A stretch of DNA of 64,000 nt from positions 434,001 through 498,000 of the forward strand of contig CAWKCK010000002.1 in the NCBI GenBank assembly GCA_963848135.1, read 5' to 3'. Position numbers and translations under genes: made by a program. Positions 9,999 to 20,567 of the stretch are shown one piece after another. The stretch comes from an uncultured delta proteobacterium (GTDB lineage Bacteria > Desulfobacterota > Desulfobacteria > Desulfobacterales > SG8-13). The notes beneath the pieces are model-generated. The model did no database searches, was not told the origin of the DNA, and saw nothing but the letters and a program-made list of their open reading frames with translations. Every line of letters begins with the position of its first letter. Within the stretch, counting starts at the first letter, position 1.

Positions 9999-10099
9999 GT
10001 CTCCTCCAACCAAAGTAATGTATGGATGCAATCAATTTGATTTTATGGATTTGTAATGCAATACAAAAATAGCCGTCATAGGCTTATATGGTTTAAAAA

Positions 10100-10951
10100 A
10101 TGAAACATTTAAATGTTAGTTTATACACCTCGGAATCATACCTTCGGCATCCTACACAGTTTATTATCAATATGTTTATGGATCTTTTGGCTTGCCGGGA
10201 GCTCGCTTGGCAGTTGGCTGTGCGAGATATTCGCGCCCAATACCGGCAAACGGCTCTGGGGCTGCTGTGGGCTTTTATCCTGCCTCTGACACATACTATA
10301 ACTTGGATATTCCTGAGCGGCTCGGGCATTGTAAAAGTCGCCGATACAGCATTGCCCTATCCGGTTTATGTATTTACTGGCACCATGCTTTGGGGCATCT
10401 TCATGGATGCCGTTAACGCTCCGCTGCAACAGACCATAGCCGCCAAATCAATGCTAGCCAAAATCAATTTCCCCCGTGAGGCCATAGTGGTATCCGGCAT
10501 ATACCAAACCCTGTTCAACGGAGCTATTAAGATCGTCTTACTAATGGGAACCTTGCTTTATCTTGGCATCTATCCAGAATGGTCTTTGACCTTGTTCCCA
10601 CTGAGCATCCTGGCCTTGATCCTTGCTGGTACGGCTATGGGACTATTGCTTACGCCAGTCGGGGTGCTTTACACCGACATCGGTAAGTCTTTGCCGTTAC
10701 TTATGCAATTTCTTATGTTCCTGACACCTGTAGTTTTCCCCATGCCGACTTCTGGCTGGGCTGCTACGCTATTCAAAATCAACCCCATGACTCCCCTGAT
10801 TCTGACAGCAAGGGACTGGTTGACAGGATTTTCTCCGGAATATCTCGGTCATTTTTTTCTGGTCAATATCTTGTTAATAGCTCTACTACTCGTTGTCTGG
10901 GTAGTGTATCGGGCTGCGATGCCTATTCTTATCGAGCGCATGAGTGCATAA
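10100..10951 (+). CDS. wzm: polysaccharide ABC exporter permease (Wzm/RfbA type)
   Basis: RDIRAQYRQTALGLLWAFILP, KINFPRE, MFLTPVVFP, INPMT; 6 TM helices. Confidence 0.92.
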   Translation: MKHLNVSLYTSESYLRHPTQFIINMFMDLLACRELAWQLAVRDIRAQYRQTALGLLWAFILPLTHTITWIFLSGSGIVKVADTALPYPVYVFTGTMLWGIFMDAVNAPLQQTIAAKSMLAKINFPREAIVVSGIYQTLFNGAIKIVLLMGTLLYLGIYPEWSLTLFPLSILALILAGTAMGLLLTPVGVLYTDIGKSLPLLMQFLMFLTPVVFPMPTSGWAATLFKINPMTPLILTARDWLTGFSPEYLGHFFLVNILLIALLLVVWVVYRAAMPILIERMSA

Positions 10952-10969
10952 CGATTAGCTGTAAATGGT

Positions 10970-12184
10970 ATGGGCGAAATTCTAGTAAAAGTCGACAACG
11001 TTTCCAAGAAATTCTGCCGGGATCTCAAGCGTTCCCTCTGGTATGGGATGAGGGATTTGGGCAGCGAACTTTTGTGCCGGTCGCATAACGGTGAAGGGCA
11101 GCTTCGTAAAGACGAATTCTGGGCGGTGAAGGATGTCAGCTTCGAGCTGAAACGTGGTGAGTGCCTGGGGTTGATTGGGCGCAATGGCGCTGGTAAAAGC
11201 ACCCTATTAAAAATGCTCAATGGGTTGATAAAACCTGACAAAGGACAAATATCAATCAGCGGTCGGGTAGGAGCTTTAATTGAATTGGGGGCGGGATTCA
11301 ATCCGATTCTCACTGGAAGGGAGAACATTTACGTCAACGGCGCAATACTGGGCCTGACGAGGGCAGAGATAAGCCAACAATTCGATGAGATTGTGGATTT
11401 CGCAGAACTTGGCGAATTTATCGATATGCCAGTTCAGAATTATAGTTCAGGGATGAAAGTTAGGCTTGGGTTCTCCGTGGCGGCGCAGTTAAATCCGGAT
11501 GTCCTGATTATCGACGAAGTTCTTGCGGTCGGCGATGTTGGTTTCAGGACAAAGTGTTCTGACAGGATTGGGAAAATTTCTAAAAACGCAGCCATAATAC
11601 TCGTCTCCCATTCTATGGCAGAAGTGGCAAGAGTTGCTTCAAGAACATTGTTAATGAAAAGTGGGAATGTCATTTTTAGTGGCTTTGATGTTGCCTCCGG
11701 AATCAGTATGTACTTTGGACAATTTGCAAACACTTCTGAAAAGGTTTCAGGTGGAAGGAAAACATGCAAACTCCACCAAGTAGTCCTCCGATCAAACGAT
11801 AAAACTATCAATGATGATATCCTTAAAATAAACCACGGAGATCCACTTGAAATAGAACTTGTCTATAGCTTAGATAAAAATATAAAGAGTTCACTGATAA
11901 ATGTTGGTTTTTTCGACAGAGCAAAAAGAAATGTAGCCCAGTGTTCTTCAATAAAAGCTGATTACAGAGTTGAAAACAACTCAGTTGTTATCAAAAGTAA
12001 AATAGCTATAGATAGAATTCCTTTTAATATGGGGAAGTACGACTTGTCTATCTTTTTTGTTGAAGACTTAGGTAAAAACAGGAGAGGTGAAGTTTTTCTT
12101 TTTGAGCTCGCTGCTGCTCAAATTGAAGTTTTCGATAAAACACCTGGCTTTTCTCCAGTTGAAGTTAAGGCTGAATGGTCATAG
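10970..12184 (+). CDS. wzt: polysaccharide ABC exporter ATPase with C-terminal Wzt_C-like domain
   Basis: FWAVKDVSF, GRNGAGKST (Walker A), YSSGMKVRL signature, IIDEVLAVGD, VSH; ~150 aa C-terminal extension. Confidence 0.92.
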   Translation: MGEILVKVDNVSKKFCRDLKRSLWYGMRDLGSELLCRSHNGEGQLRKDEFWAVKDVSFELKRGECLGLIGRNGAGKSTLLKMLNGLIKPDKGQISISGRVGALIELGAGFNPILTGRENIYVNGAILGLTRAEISQQFDEIVDFAELGEFIDMPVQNYSSGMKVRLGFSVAAQLNPDVLIIDEVLAVGDVGFRTKCSDRIGKISKNAAIILVSHSMAEVARVASRTLLMKSGNVIFSGFDVASGISMYFGQFANTSEKVSGGRKTCKLHQVVLRSNDKTINDDILKINHGDPLEIELVYSLDKNIKSSLINVGFFDRAKRNVAQCSSIKADYRVENNSVVIKSKIAIDRIPFNMGKYDLSIFFVEDLGKNRRGEVFLFELAAAQIEVFDKTPGFSPVEVKAEWS

Positions 12185-13053
12185 GAAAAGAAAAGAGTCT
12201 TTTTAGAATGAAAAGTATCATTATTATGGGGTCTGGTCGCAGTGGGACAAGCATGATCAGTGGAATACTGCATGACGCTGGTTATTTTATGGGTGACCTA
12301 TTGTATCCGGCGACATCCAGTAACCCTAAGGGCTATTTCGAAAGTTCTGAAATAAACGGTATCAATGAACAGATCCTTTCGAATTATGATTCTTCGAATC
12401 CAGGTTATTGTGAAAAATTTCTCAGGGGATCTTTTATAAATACCGCCAAATGGTACTGCCGTTTACCAAGATTATTTAGAAAATATCTATCGACGGACAT
12501 CTATAAACCGGGATATTTGCAAAGGTGGTTATCTTTCATCCCTGTTGATGTAGACATCGATTGTTGGAGTGCTGAAGTAAAAACCAGGATAGAATATGCT
12601 ACCGAACGAAAACCATTTGCATACAAGGACCCGCGTTTCAGTTACACTTTGCCGGTGTGGAAAAAATCCATTGGTGATGATGTGGTTTTTATTTGCATTT
12701 TCCGGGACCCCAGCGTTACTGTCAATAGTATCATTAGGGAATGCTCCACTGCATCTTATCTTCGCAATTTTCAGATCAATGAATCAGACGCATATGAGGT
12801 TTGGAATAATATATATTCGCACATCATCGATAAACACCTTGCTGACAGCAATAATTTTATATTCTGCCACTATGACCAAATTTATAATGGCTCGTCACTG
12901 CCGATACTTTCTAAAACCTTAAATGCCGATTTGAAACACGATTTTGTTTCAACTAAACTCAAACGCTCCCGGTCGAATTCGATGGCGCCTGAGCGTTCAA
13001 GAATAATATACAATAAACTTTGTGAACTTGCGTATTACAGATCTGGCAGCTGA
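12175..13053 (+). CDS. sulfotransferase-family protein
   Basis: IIMGSGRSGTSMI PAPS-binding-like loop, NPKGYFE, KDPRF, FRDP; alternative start at 12208. Confidence 0.8.
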   Translation: MVIGKEKSLFRMKSIIIMGSGRSGTSMISGILHDAGYFMGDLLYPATSSNPKGYFESSEINGINEQILSNYDSSNPGYCEKFLRGSFINTAKWYCRLPRLFRKYLSTDIYKPGYLQRWLSFIPVDVDIDCWSAEVKTRIEYATERKPFAYKDPRFSYTLPVWKKSIGDDVVFICIFRDPSVTVNSIIRECSTASYLRNFQINESDAYEVWNNIYSHIIDKHLADSNNFIFCHYDQIYNGSSLPILSKTLNADLKHDFVSTKLKRSRSNSMAPERSRIIYNKLCELAYYRSGS

Positions 13054-13090
13054 TTATTAGTTTTGTCATTATGTTTATTAGGAATCGATA

Positions 13091-15106
13091 ATGGGAAAAG
13101 TTCCTCTTAAAGATGGAATATCTGTCATTATTTGCTGTTACAATAGCGCCAATGTCATCACCCCGACAATCCTATCAATTTTCGATCAAAATATTTCCGG
13201 ATCTTTCGCAGCTGAAATCATCATTGTCGATAATGGCTGCACGGACAACACAATCCAAATCGTAGAAAAACTTTTATCGTCATCCATTTTGCCATATAAA
13301 ATTTTAAAGGAACCAACACCAGGATTAATTCATGCCCGTAAGAAAGGTGTTTATCATGCTGAATATGACATTACCCTATTTGTAGACGATGATAACCTCT
13401 TGACTCCCAATTGGTTTAATATTCTCCATGAGTGTTTTAAAAATAAAAAATCTGTTGGGGCAATAGGCGGATATGTTGTTCCGCTTATCCAGGGCTCCAA
13501 ACCTGATTGGTTCGATGACTATTGGGGGGTTTTTGCATGCGGGCCTCAAAATATTCCGTCGGGCATTGTTACAAAATCGCGAATGATGCTTGTCGGAGCT
13601 GGTTTGTCATTTCGGACCGAAATATTGAATAATATTTTTTCCTTATCAATACCACTATATTTGACGGGAAGGACCGGCAATGTTTTTTTAAGGGGTGAAG
13701 ACGCAGAACTCTGTCATCGATGTGTACTGCTTGGTTGGGATTTATGGTTCGAGACCGAGTTGCGTCTCAAACACATTATTAATTCGAAGCGGTTAAACTG
13801 GCAACACGTAATTGACGTAAGGAGGTCGGGAGGTGCAGCAGAAATTGTCCTTCATATGTATAAAAACCTAATCATAAACAAATATCCAATGAGTTACTCA
13901 ACCCGATCTGCAACACTTTGTCGTGATTGGAAAAAGCACTGGAAAAAAATCAAACATATAAACCTTATCGCTATAGAGGGAAGCAAAACTTCATTCCAGC
14001 ATGCGTATCTCACAGGAATGACAGAGGCCTTGAATACTTTAAGAAAGGAAGAATACGAAAAAATCAGAAAACAATTAATTCAACAGTTTGCTATTAAATA
14101 TCCACCAAATAAATATTACTCTAAGACAGAACCGCGGAGGGACTTAATTGTTACCATCGCTGATCAAAATTTCGTCAATCAGGCCAAACAGTTATTTGCC
14201 AGTGTCTATTTTAATGCCGGATGGGAAGGCGACTATATGTTACTGTCATCCGGAATTTCAGATCGAGTATTGAAATGGTTTACAGAAAGAGGCATTATCG
14301 TAAATAAAAGTGAGCCTCTTATGTTGGACAAAGCGTCCGCTCTTGGTGGTAGATGGCCCCCGGCCGTATTGAGCAAGATATGTCTGTTCCAGAAAGGATT
14401 TAAAAAATGGCGCACGGTTATATATTTAGACGCTGATATGATCGTTCGAGCGCCACTAGACGATCTTAAAATGGTAAAAAGTTTATCTGCCGTTCAGGGG
14501 TTATTCTCTCCGACGATGACAGATCGAATCAAAACACATAAACATGAAATATCCAATAAATTATATAAATCGTTGATAAAGAGATTTAGCTACTTTTCCC
14601 GAAGCTTCAACGGTGGCATAATGGCTTTTAATACTGATATAATAGAGGAAAACACCTTTAATGAAATTATTGACATGTTAATAGACTTTTCTGGTCCGCT
14701 CACCAAAAACGAAGAAGCGGTTCTGAATTTTTATTTTCATAAAAAATGGGAACTTCTCCCAACAGTCTACAACGTCTATGTCAACTCACTGAAAAAACCA
14801 GAAAATGCCAAGGGAATCGTTTTGCACTTTGTGCACTGGTTAGAAGAAGCGGCAGAGAAGCCATGGAACCCAGAAAGTTACTTTTATAACGAATGGAAAG
14901 ATAATTTGGCAAAAGCCGAACAAATAGATGTATCGAAAATTTCGGTTCCAGCAGCCGCTTGGAAAAAATCAAAGGTTATTAAAACATCATTTTTTCTTAG
15001 TCTCAACAATAAGCTATTTTATTTTTTCCACGCAAGACGCTACAGCTCAGGAGTAAGGCGTTTTTTTGCGAATATTAAAATGATGTTACCAAAAACCACA
15101 AAATGA
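13091..15106 (+). CDS. fused GT2 + GT8 glycosyltransferase
   Basis: N-terminal SVIICCYN, IVDNGCTD, FVDDD, GED (GT2); C-terminal VIYLDADM, FNGGIM, YNV, LHF, KPW (GT8). Confidence 0.85.
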   Translation: MGKVPLKDGISVIICCYNSANVITPTILSIFDQNISGSFAAEIIIVDNGCTDNTIQIVEKLLSSSILPYKILKEPTPGLIHARKKGVYHAEYDITLFVDDDNLLTPNWFNILHECFKNKKSVGAIGGYVVPLIQGSKPDWFDDYWGVFACGPQNIPSGIVTKSRMMLVGAGLSFRTEILNNIFSLSIPLYLTGRTGNVFLRGEDAELCHRCVLLGWDLWFETELRLKHIINSKRLNWQHVIDVRRSGGAAEIVLHMYKNLIINKYPMSYSTRSATLCRDWKKHWKKIKHINLIAIEGSKTSFQHAYLTGMTEALNTLRKEEYEKIRKQLIQQFAIKYPPNKYYSKTEPRRDLIVTIADQNFVNQAKQLFASVYFNAGWEGDYMLLSSGISDRVLKWFTERGIIVNKSEPLMLDKASALGGRWPPAVLSKICLFQKGFKKWRTVIYLDADMIVRAPLDDLKMVKSLSAVQGLFSPTMTDRIKTHKHEISNKLYKSLIKRFSYFSRSFNGGIMAFNTDIIEENTFNEIIDMLIDFSGPLTKNEEAVLNFYFHKKWELLPTVYNVYVNSLKKPENAKGIVLHFVHWLEEAAEKPWNPESYFYNEWKDNLAKAEQIDVSKISVPAAAWKKSKVIKTSFFLSLNNKLFYFFHARRYSSGVRRFFANIKMMLPKTTK

Positions 15107-15215
15107 CATCTATTCCAAGGGATCACATATTATCTGATTCTTTATCAAATCTAACTCAATAGACGGCGCACTAAGTTCTGATTTTTCCATTTCTGAACAC
15201 CTCAACAGTAAATTC

Positions 15216-16451
15216 ATGAAAGAGCCAAAAACAAACATTCCATCACCCTACCTGATTGAATCGGAATTCGGATACTTACCTGGAAGGGTATCAGTCATCA
15301 TTCCGACGTATAATTATGCTCATTTTTTAATCGATGCTGTTCAAAGTGCCCTTTCACAACCGGTTGCCGATTTAGAAGTCATTGTTGTCGATGACGGATC
15401 AACCGACGACACAGCTGTCGTTTTGAACCTATATAAAAATAGAATCAATTATATTCATCAAGATAATTGCGGGTTATCTGCCGCGCGAAATACCGGCATT
15501 GCAGCCAGCACCGGCGAATATATTCAATTCCTGGATGCAGATGATATTCTCGGAAAGAATGTTCTCGCCTATCAAAAACGTTTCTTAGATGCACATCCGG
15601 CCTTCGACATATCAGTCTGTCGGAACCGTTTTTTCGATAGAACACGGATGGATAAAATTCTATTCTCGCGTGAAAAATGGCCATTGTTTCGGGGGGCTCT
15701 CGATGTTCACCTTTGCCATTTTAACATTGCACCACCGCATGCGTTATTTTTAAGAAAAAAGGTTGTGAGTCACGTGGGCTATTTTGACAGTCATTTAAAA
15801 GCCTGCGAAGATTATGATTATTGGCTCAGGGCGGCTTGCCACGGTTTCATCCCCGTTTACAATCCTGAGGGTGCGGTTTTTTATCGGCGTCACCCCCGCA
15901 GCATGTCTGCAAATTTAGATAATCAATTTCGTTACGATGCCATCCTTCATCATAAATTGTCCGAACTTCTCGACCAGAACCCTGAATTTCCTTCTGGCAA
16001 AAGGGCCTTTGGCCTTTTAGCATTCGCAGCCGGGGCATTAACTACCGCCAGAAGGTTACGTGCACACCAATTGGGCACAGCCCTCGACCTTCTTGATTTG
16101 GCCCGTCGGCGCATTAAAGAGCTCAGACTCGTCTGCTGTAAAGAGCCACCCTCTAAATGGAATCCGTTGTCCCAGCTTTACTGCCTGAAAATAGAAAGTG
16201 AATTGAAACAACCCTGTTTCAGATACACTGATGTCGCTCAAATCATCTTGTCCGAGTTTCACAAGACATTACTGGCGATCAACGCTCCGGATTATAACAT
16301 AAAACGTCTGGCCGACATTTTTCTAAATGGAATATCTGGAACTGATATCGGAATAACAGAAAAAAAAGCCCTTCGAAGTAACTTTTATCGTTTGTTATTG
16401 AAATCGGCACTATCCTATAGACCAATAAAAAATCGATGGTGCTCAGCCTAA
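15216..16451 (+). CDS. GT2 family glycosyltransferase
   Basis: [41 protein letters not shown]. Confidence 0.9.
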   Translation: MKEPKTNIPSPYLIESEFGYLPGRVSVIIPTYNYAHFLIDAVQSALSQPVADLEVIVVDDGSTDDTAVVLNLYKNRINYIHQDNCGLSAARNTGIAASTGEYIQFLDADDILGKNVLAYQKRFLDAHPAFDISVCRNRFFDRTRMDKILFSREKWPLFRGALDVHLCHFNIAPPHALFLRKKVVSHVGYFDSHLKACEDYDYWLRAACHGFIPVYNPEGAVFYRRHPRSMSANLDNQFRYDAILHHKLSELLDQNPEFPSGKRAFGLLAFAAGALTTARRLRAHQLGTALDLLDLARRRIKELRLVCCKEPPSKWNPLSQLYCLKIESELKQPCFRYTDVAQIILSEFHKTLLAINAPDYNIKRLADIFLNGISGTDIGITEKKALRSNFYRLLLKSALSYRPIKNRWCSA

Positions 16452-16551
16452 TTGATAAGAACTTAAGCTGTTGCCTGCATCTTATATACGCTGCAACTGT
16501 TCATCCACCCTTTAATAGGGTTGACGAATGTGTAACGAAAAGGGGAAGTGA

Positions 16552-17904
16552 ATGCATATGAAAGAGAAAACCGTCATTCTCGGAGCCGGTATCACCGGTC
16601 TTTCCGCCGGTTTTGCCTCAGGCCTGCCGGTTTACGAGGCGGCCGAGGCTCCGGGGGGCATTTGCTCGTCTTATTACGTGCGCCCTGGTGAGAAGGAACG
16701 CCTGTTCGAAACACCGGCGGATGCAGATGCATACCGTTTCGAAATCGGAGGGGGACACTGGATTTTCGGCGGCGACCCCGGTGTGTTGCACTTCATCAAG
16801 CGTTTTACTGATCTAAAAGCGTATGAGCGCCGATCATCCGTCTTCTTCATTGATCAGAATCAGTTTGTCCCCTACCCGCTTCAAAATCATCTGCGATTCA
16901 TCGACCGAGAACGTGCGGCGCAGGCTATAAACGAGATGAACGGCGCTGGGATCGAATGTCGAACCATGAAGGAATGGCTGACCTATAGTTTCGGGCCGAC
17001 CCTATGCCAGATGTTTTTTTTCCCGTTCCATGATCTATACACGGCTGGCCTTTACGACCGAATCGCACCGCAGGACGCTTACAAATCGCCAGTTGATCTA
17101 AAGCAGGTTATCCAGGGAGCCTTGAGTGAAACAACGCCGGTTGGATATAATGCCATATTCGTGTATCCGACGGAAGGCCTGAACACTTTTGCCCAACGTT
17201 TGGCCGAGCACTGCGACATTCGGTACGGCAAACGGGCCGTACAAATTGACCTTCCAAAAAAGAGACTCGTTTTCGAGGATGGCGAACGGCTGGTATACGA
17301 TAAGCTGATATCCACCCTGCCGCTGAACAAGACCATTCAAATGACAGGTGTTCCATCGCCAGTCGAAAATGACCCATTTTCTTCGGTTCTGGTCCTTAAC
17401 ATCGGTGCGGTGCGCGGCGACCGTTGCCCGATTGACCACTGGCTCTACATTACGGAATCAAACGCCGGTTTTCACCGGGTAGGATTTTACAGTAACGTCG
17501 ATGCCTCTTTTCTTCCTATTTCGGATCGTAAAAACAGTAATCGGGTGAGCATTTATGTCGAAAGGGCATACCCCGGCGGTTGCAAACCGACGGCCGCTGA
17601 ATTGGACGCTTATACCAAGGCGGTCGTAAAAGAGCTTCAGCATTGGCGTTTCATCCGGGAGGTTGAGGTGGCCGACCCAACATGGATCGAAGTGGCCTAT
17701 ACCTGGTCCTGGCCGGAATCCAACTGGAAGCAGTGGACCCTGAGTGAATTGGAGAAACATGCAATTTATCAAGTCGGGCGCTATGGCCGCTGGTCTTTCA
17801 ACGGGATAGCGGCTTCCATCCGCGACGGATTGATCATCGGTTCAGCGCACAAATTTGGAAGTGCAGACCGTCCTCCACTGTCCAGAGGAACCTCCCGGTC
17901 ATGA
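16552..17904 (+). CDS. FAD-dependent oxidoreductase, UDP-galactopyranose mutase / HemY-like fold
   Basis: ILGAGITGLSAG dinucleotide-binding motif, GGICSS, GGGHWIF, VPYPLQN, LISTLPL, HRVGFYSN, GRYGRW. Confidence 0.75.
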   Translation: MHMKEKTVILGAGITGLSAGFASGLPVYEAAEAPGGICSSYYVRPGEKERLFETPADADAYRFEIGGGHWIFGGDPGVLHFIKRFTDLKAYERRSSVFFIDQNQFVPYPLQNHLRFIDRERAAQAINEMNGAGIECRTMKEWLTYSFGPTLCQMFFFPFHDLYTAGLYDRIAPQDAYKSPVDLKQVIQGALSETTPVGYNAIFVYPTEGLNTFAQRLAEHCDIRYGKRAVQIDLPKKRLVFEDGERLVYDKLISTLPLNKTIQMTGVPSPVENDPFSSVLVLNIGAVRGDRCPIDHWLYITESNAGFHRVGFYSNVDASFLPISDRKNSNRVSIYVERAYPGGCKPTAAELDAYTKAVVKELQHWRFIREVEVADPTWIEVAYTWSWPESNWKQWTLSELEKHAIYQVGRYGRWSFNGIAASIRDGLIIGSAHKFGSADRPPLSRGTSRS

Positions 17905-18863
17905 AACCAGACAAGGCCCCGGCGAGGCCGTCCGAACCCGTCCGGTTGTCTCCAAGCACCGTTGCGATAGTGGTAACCTACAATCGCAAACTTTTGCTGC
18001 AAAAATGCCTTCGGTCCCTTTTGGGACAGACACAGCCCTGTGACGTCGTCATCGTGGACAATGCATCGAGCGACGGAACACACGACATGCTGCACGCTTC
18101 CGGCATGCTTGACCATTCCCGGATTCACTACTTGCGCATTGACGAAAACAAAGGGGGCGCAGGAGGTTTTCAACGGGGACTGTCTTTCGCCATGTCGAAT
18201 AAATGGCAGTGGTTTTGGCTAATGGACGACGACGCCCTACCTGAAAAAGACGCCTTAGAAAATCTTTTCAAATATGCAACCAACCCCCAAAACGTCTATG
18301 GTTCAGTGGCTTTCGAGCAGAGCAATAACTGCGGGAAAACGAACCTGAGTTGGCCGGTGTTGCTTCTTCGAAATGGAGAACGAATCAACCAGATCGCAAA
18401 CCTGAGTGATGTCGAAGCTGTCGACTCGATTCCGTTTCTCGGATTCTTTCTGCACCGCGGCCTGATCGAGCGTATCGGTCTTCCAGACGGAGACTTTTTT
18501 ATCAACGCCGACGATCTGGAGTACTCATTGCGGGCCCAAAATGGCGGCGCGAAACTGCTGCTCGTCAAGGCGAGCAGAATCCAACATCCCATAGCCAAGA
18601 TTATTACCTTCCAATTTGGAAATTTCAGCTTGGTCTACAGGGTTCTGCCGACCTGGAAAATGTACTACGAGGTGCGCAATAAAATAACAATTGGTAAACG
18701 ATATTTCGGGTGGCAGTTGTGGACAAAAACCATTCCGGGACTGATCTTGAGAGCAGCACTCAGCCTCATTATCGAAAGTCACCGCCGCCAAGTGTTGATG
18801 ATGTATGGACTCGGAATAAGGGACGGCATCACCGGGAGATTGGGCAAACGGGTTATGCCGTAA
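17901..18863 (+). CDS. GT2 glycosyltransferase, GlfT1/rhamnosyltransferase-like
   Basis: VVTYNRK, VDNASSDGT, NKGGAGGF, WLMDDDA, FFINADDLEY, YYEVRN. Confidence 0.88.
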   Translation: MKPDKAPARPSEPVRLSPSTVAIVVTYNRKLLLQKCLRSLLGQTQPCDVVIVDNASSDGTHDMLHASGMLDHSRIHYLRIDENKGGAGGFQRGLSFAMSNKWQWFWLMDDDALPEKDALENLFKYATNPQNVYGSVAFEQSNNCGKTNLSWPVLLLRNGERINQIANLSDVEAVDSIPFLGFFLHRGLIERIGLPDGDFFINADDLEYSLRAQNGGAKLLLVKASRIQHPIAKIITFQFGNFSLVYRVLPTWKMYYEVRNKITIGKRYFGWQLWTKTIPGLILRAALSLIIESHRRQVLMMYGLGIRDGITGRLGKRVMP

Positions 18864-18873
18864 AAAAGACAGA

Positions 18874-19731
18874 CTATTGTTCAAAAACGCGTATCGTCAG
18901 TTTGCCCCTTATGCCGTCTCTCAGGCCCTCCAACCAAAGGCGGACGAATTCCATTTTGAGCGTTAGCACATAAAAACCCAAGGCTGCAACCAGGAGTATG
19001 ATCTGTTTGGGTGCCACGTGCCGATATCTCTTATAGAGTATCAGTGCGTTTCTTAACTTGTAATATGCCCACAGACGGTTGAGAAAAATCTTATAGACCT
19101 TGAACCCTTTAACCATGTTTTTATGGGGATGATACATGATGCTGTCGGTCACCATGGTTGTAAACTTACCGAGAGATTTTGCTCTTAGATTGTACTCCGT
19201 GTCATCTCCGTAAATAAAAAAATTTTTCTCCGGCAGACCGATCTCTTCGATGACGTTTCGATGCACGAGCAATCCGTTGAAGGGGATCGATTTTACCGCG
19301 TGGTTGCCCGTTCTCGCACTTACCTTCAATCCCCAAAGAACCGTCTTGCGGTCTTCAAGGCTCAATACAACCGGTGAATAAAAATTATCATTTTCTCCAA
19401 TGTTGTCTATCAATATCGATAAGCAGTCCTGGGTCGGAAGACAATCATCATCCATCATCCAGATCCAGTCAAAACCGGCGGAAAAGGCAAGCCGTACACC
19501 GAAATGGAACCCGCCGGCACCACCCCTATTCTCACCCAGGTTATGATAGGCAATACGGTCAACACTCCCGTATATATCGGCAACCATATCCGCGGTTCCG
19601 TCAACAGAGGCATTATCGATAACAACTATCCGATCAACCGGGCGGGTCTGTGATAACAGGGCATCGAGGCATTTTTGCAGAACCGCCTTGCGGTTGTATG
19701 TCACAACAACGGCACCAATACGCTCTTGCAT
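18874..19731 (-). CDS. GT2 glycosyltransferase, GlfT1/rhamnosyltransferase-like
   Basis: VVTYNRK, IDNASVDGT, NRGGAGGF, WMMDDDC, FFIYGDDTEY, YYKLRN. Confidence 0.88.
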   Translation of the reverse strand: MQERIGAVVVTYNRKAVLQKCLDALLSQTRPVDRIVVIDNASVDGTADMVADIYGSVDRIAYHNLGENRGGAGGFHFGVRLAFSAGFDWIWMMDDDCLPTQDCLSILIDNIGENDNFYSPVVLSLEDRKTVLWGLKVSARTGNHAVKSIPFNGLLVHRNVIEEIGLPEKNFFIYGDDTEYNLRAKSLGKFTTMVTDSIMYHPHKNMVKGFKVYKIFLNRLWAYYKLRNALILYKRYRHVAPKQIILLVAALGFYVLTLKMEFVRLWLEGLRDGIRGKLTIRVFEQ

Positions 19732-19852
19732 ACTGAGACTCTTACCTAAAATGTTATATTTTATTTAGAAAAAACTCGTCCCTGATAACGACACAGCGAG
19801 TGCTCGGCTGGCATAGGATCCAGATGCAATCGGTACATAAGAGGTGCATTTT

Positions 19853-20567
19853 TCATTTAAATAGATTGTATTTCAAAATACACCACAGGGCCCGAACGCC
19901 GTCGCGCCAGTTTATTTTCTTGCCTTCTTCGTAGGTCCGCCCGTAATAACTGATGGGGACCTCGTATATCCTGAGATTTTTTTTTGCGACCTTGGCCGTG
20001 ATCTCGGGTTCAAAACCGAATCTGTTCTCTTGTATCGCAATTCCTTCCAGTGCCTGCCGCGTAAATGCTTTGTAGCAAGTTTCCATATCCGTGAGATTAA
20101 TGTTGGTAAAAATATTTGAAAGCAACGTCAAAAAACGATTACCAACATAGTGCCAGAAATAAAGGACACGGTGTTCTCCATGGCCTGAAAGGCGCGACCC
20201 ATAAACGACATCGGCTTTTCCTGACAGAATCGGATTGAGCAGGATCGGAAATTCATTGGGGTCGTATTCCATATCCGCATCCTGCACGACGATGACATCC
20301 CCTGTGGCAGTCGAGAAGCCGGTTTGTAATGCTCTGCCTTTTCCGTAGTTTTGTTCATGAAAGCATATTTTTACAGCACTGTTTTTAGCGTCTTTCAGAA
20401 TTTGACGTGATCCGTCCGTTGATCCATCATCAACAACGATGATTTCTTTCCGAAAGGGCGCATAAGTGACGCGATCGATGATTTCACTTGATCGTACCCG
20501 CCTCATTATAGACAGGGATAACGACACTCAGTAAGAAGTCATCTTTAGGAAAGCCATTAGTTATCAT
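19853..20567 (-). pseudogene. DPM-synthase-like GT2 (polyprenol-phosphate glycosyltransferase) with an apparent +1 frameshift near 20488; possibly intact in vivo
   Basis: ATG at 20567 overlaps the upstream stop (ATGA) and reads [26 protein letters not shown]; removing one A continues SEIIDRV...[40 protein letters not shown]. Confidence 0.85.

Noticed and set aside
19809..19829. TGGCAT...TGCAA as a sigma54 promoter
   Set aside because: GG-to-GC spacing is wrong and it points antisense into the cluster
20484..20490. TGA early in the DPM-like GT2 as a possible selenocysteine codon, given selC in the window
   Set aside because: Homology continues in a different frame, so this is a frameshift and not in-frame readthrough
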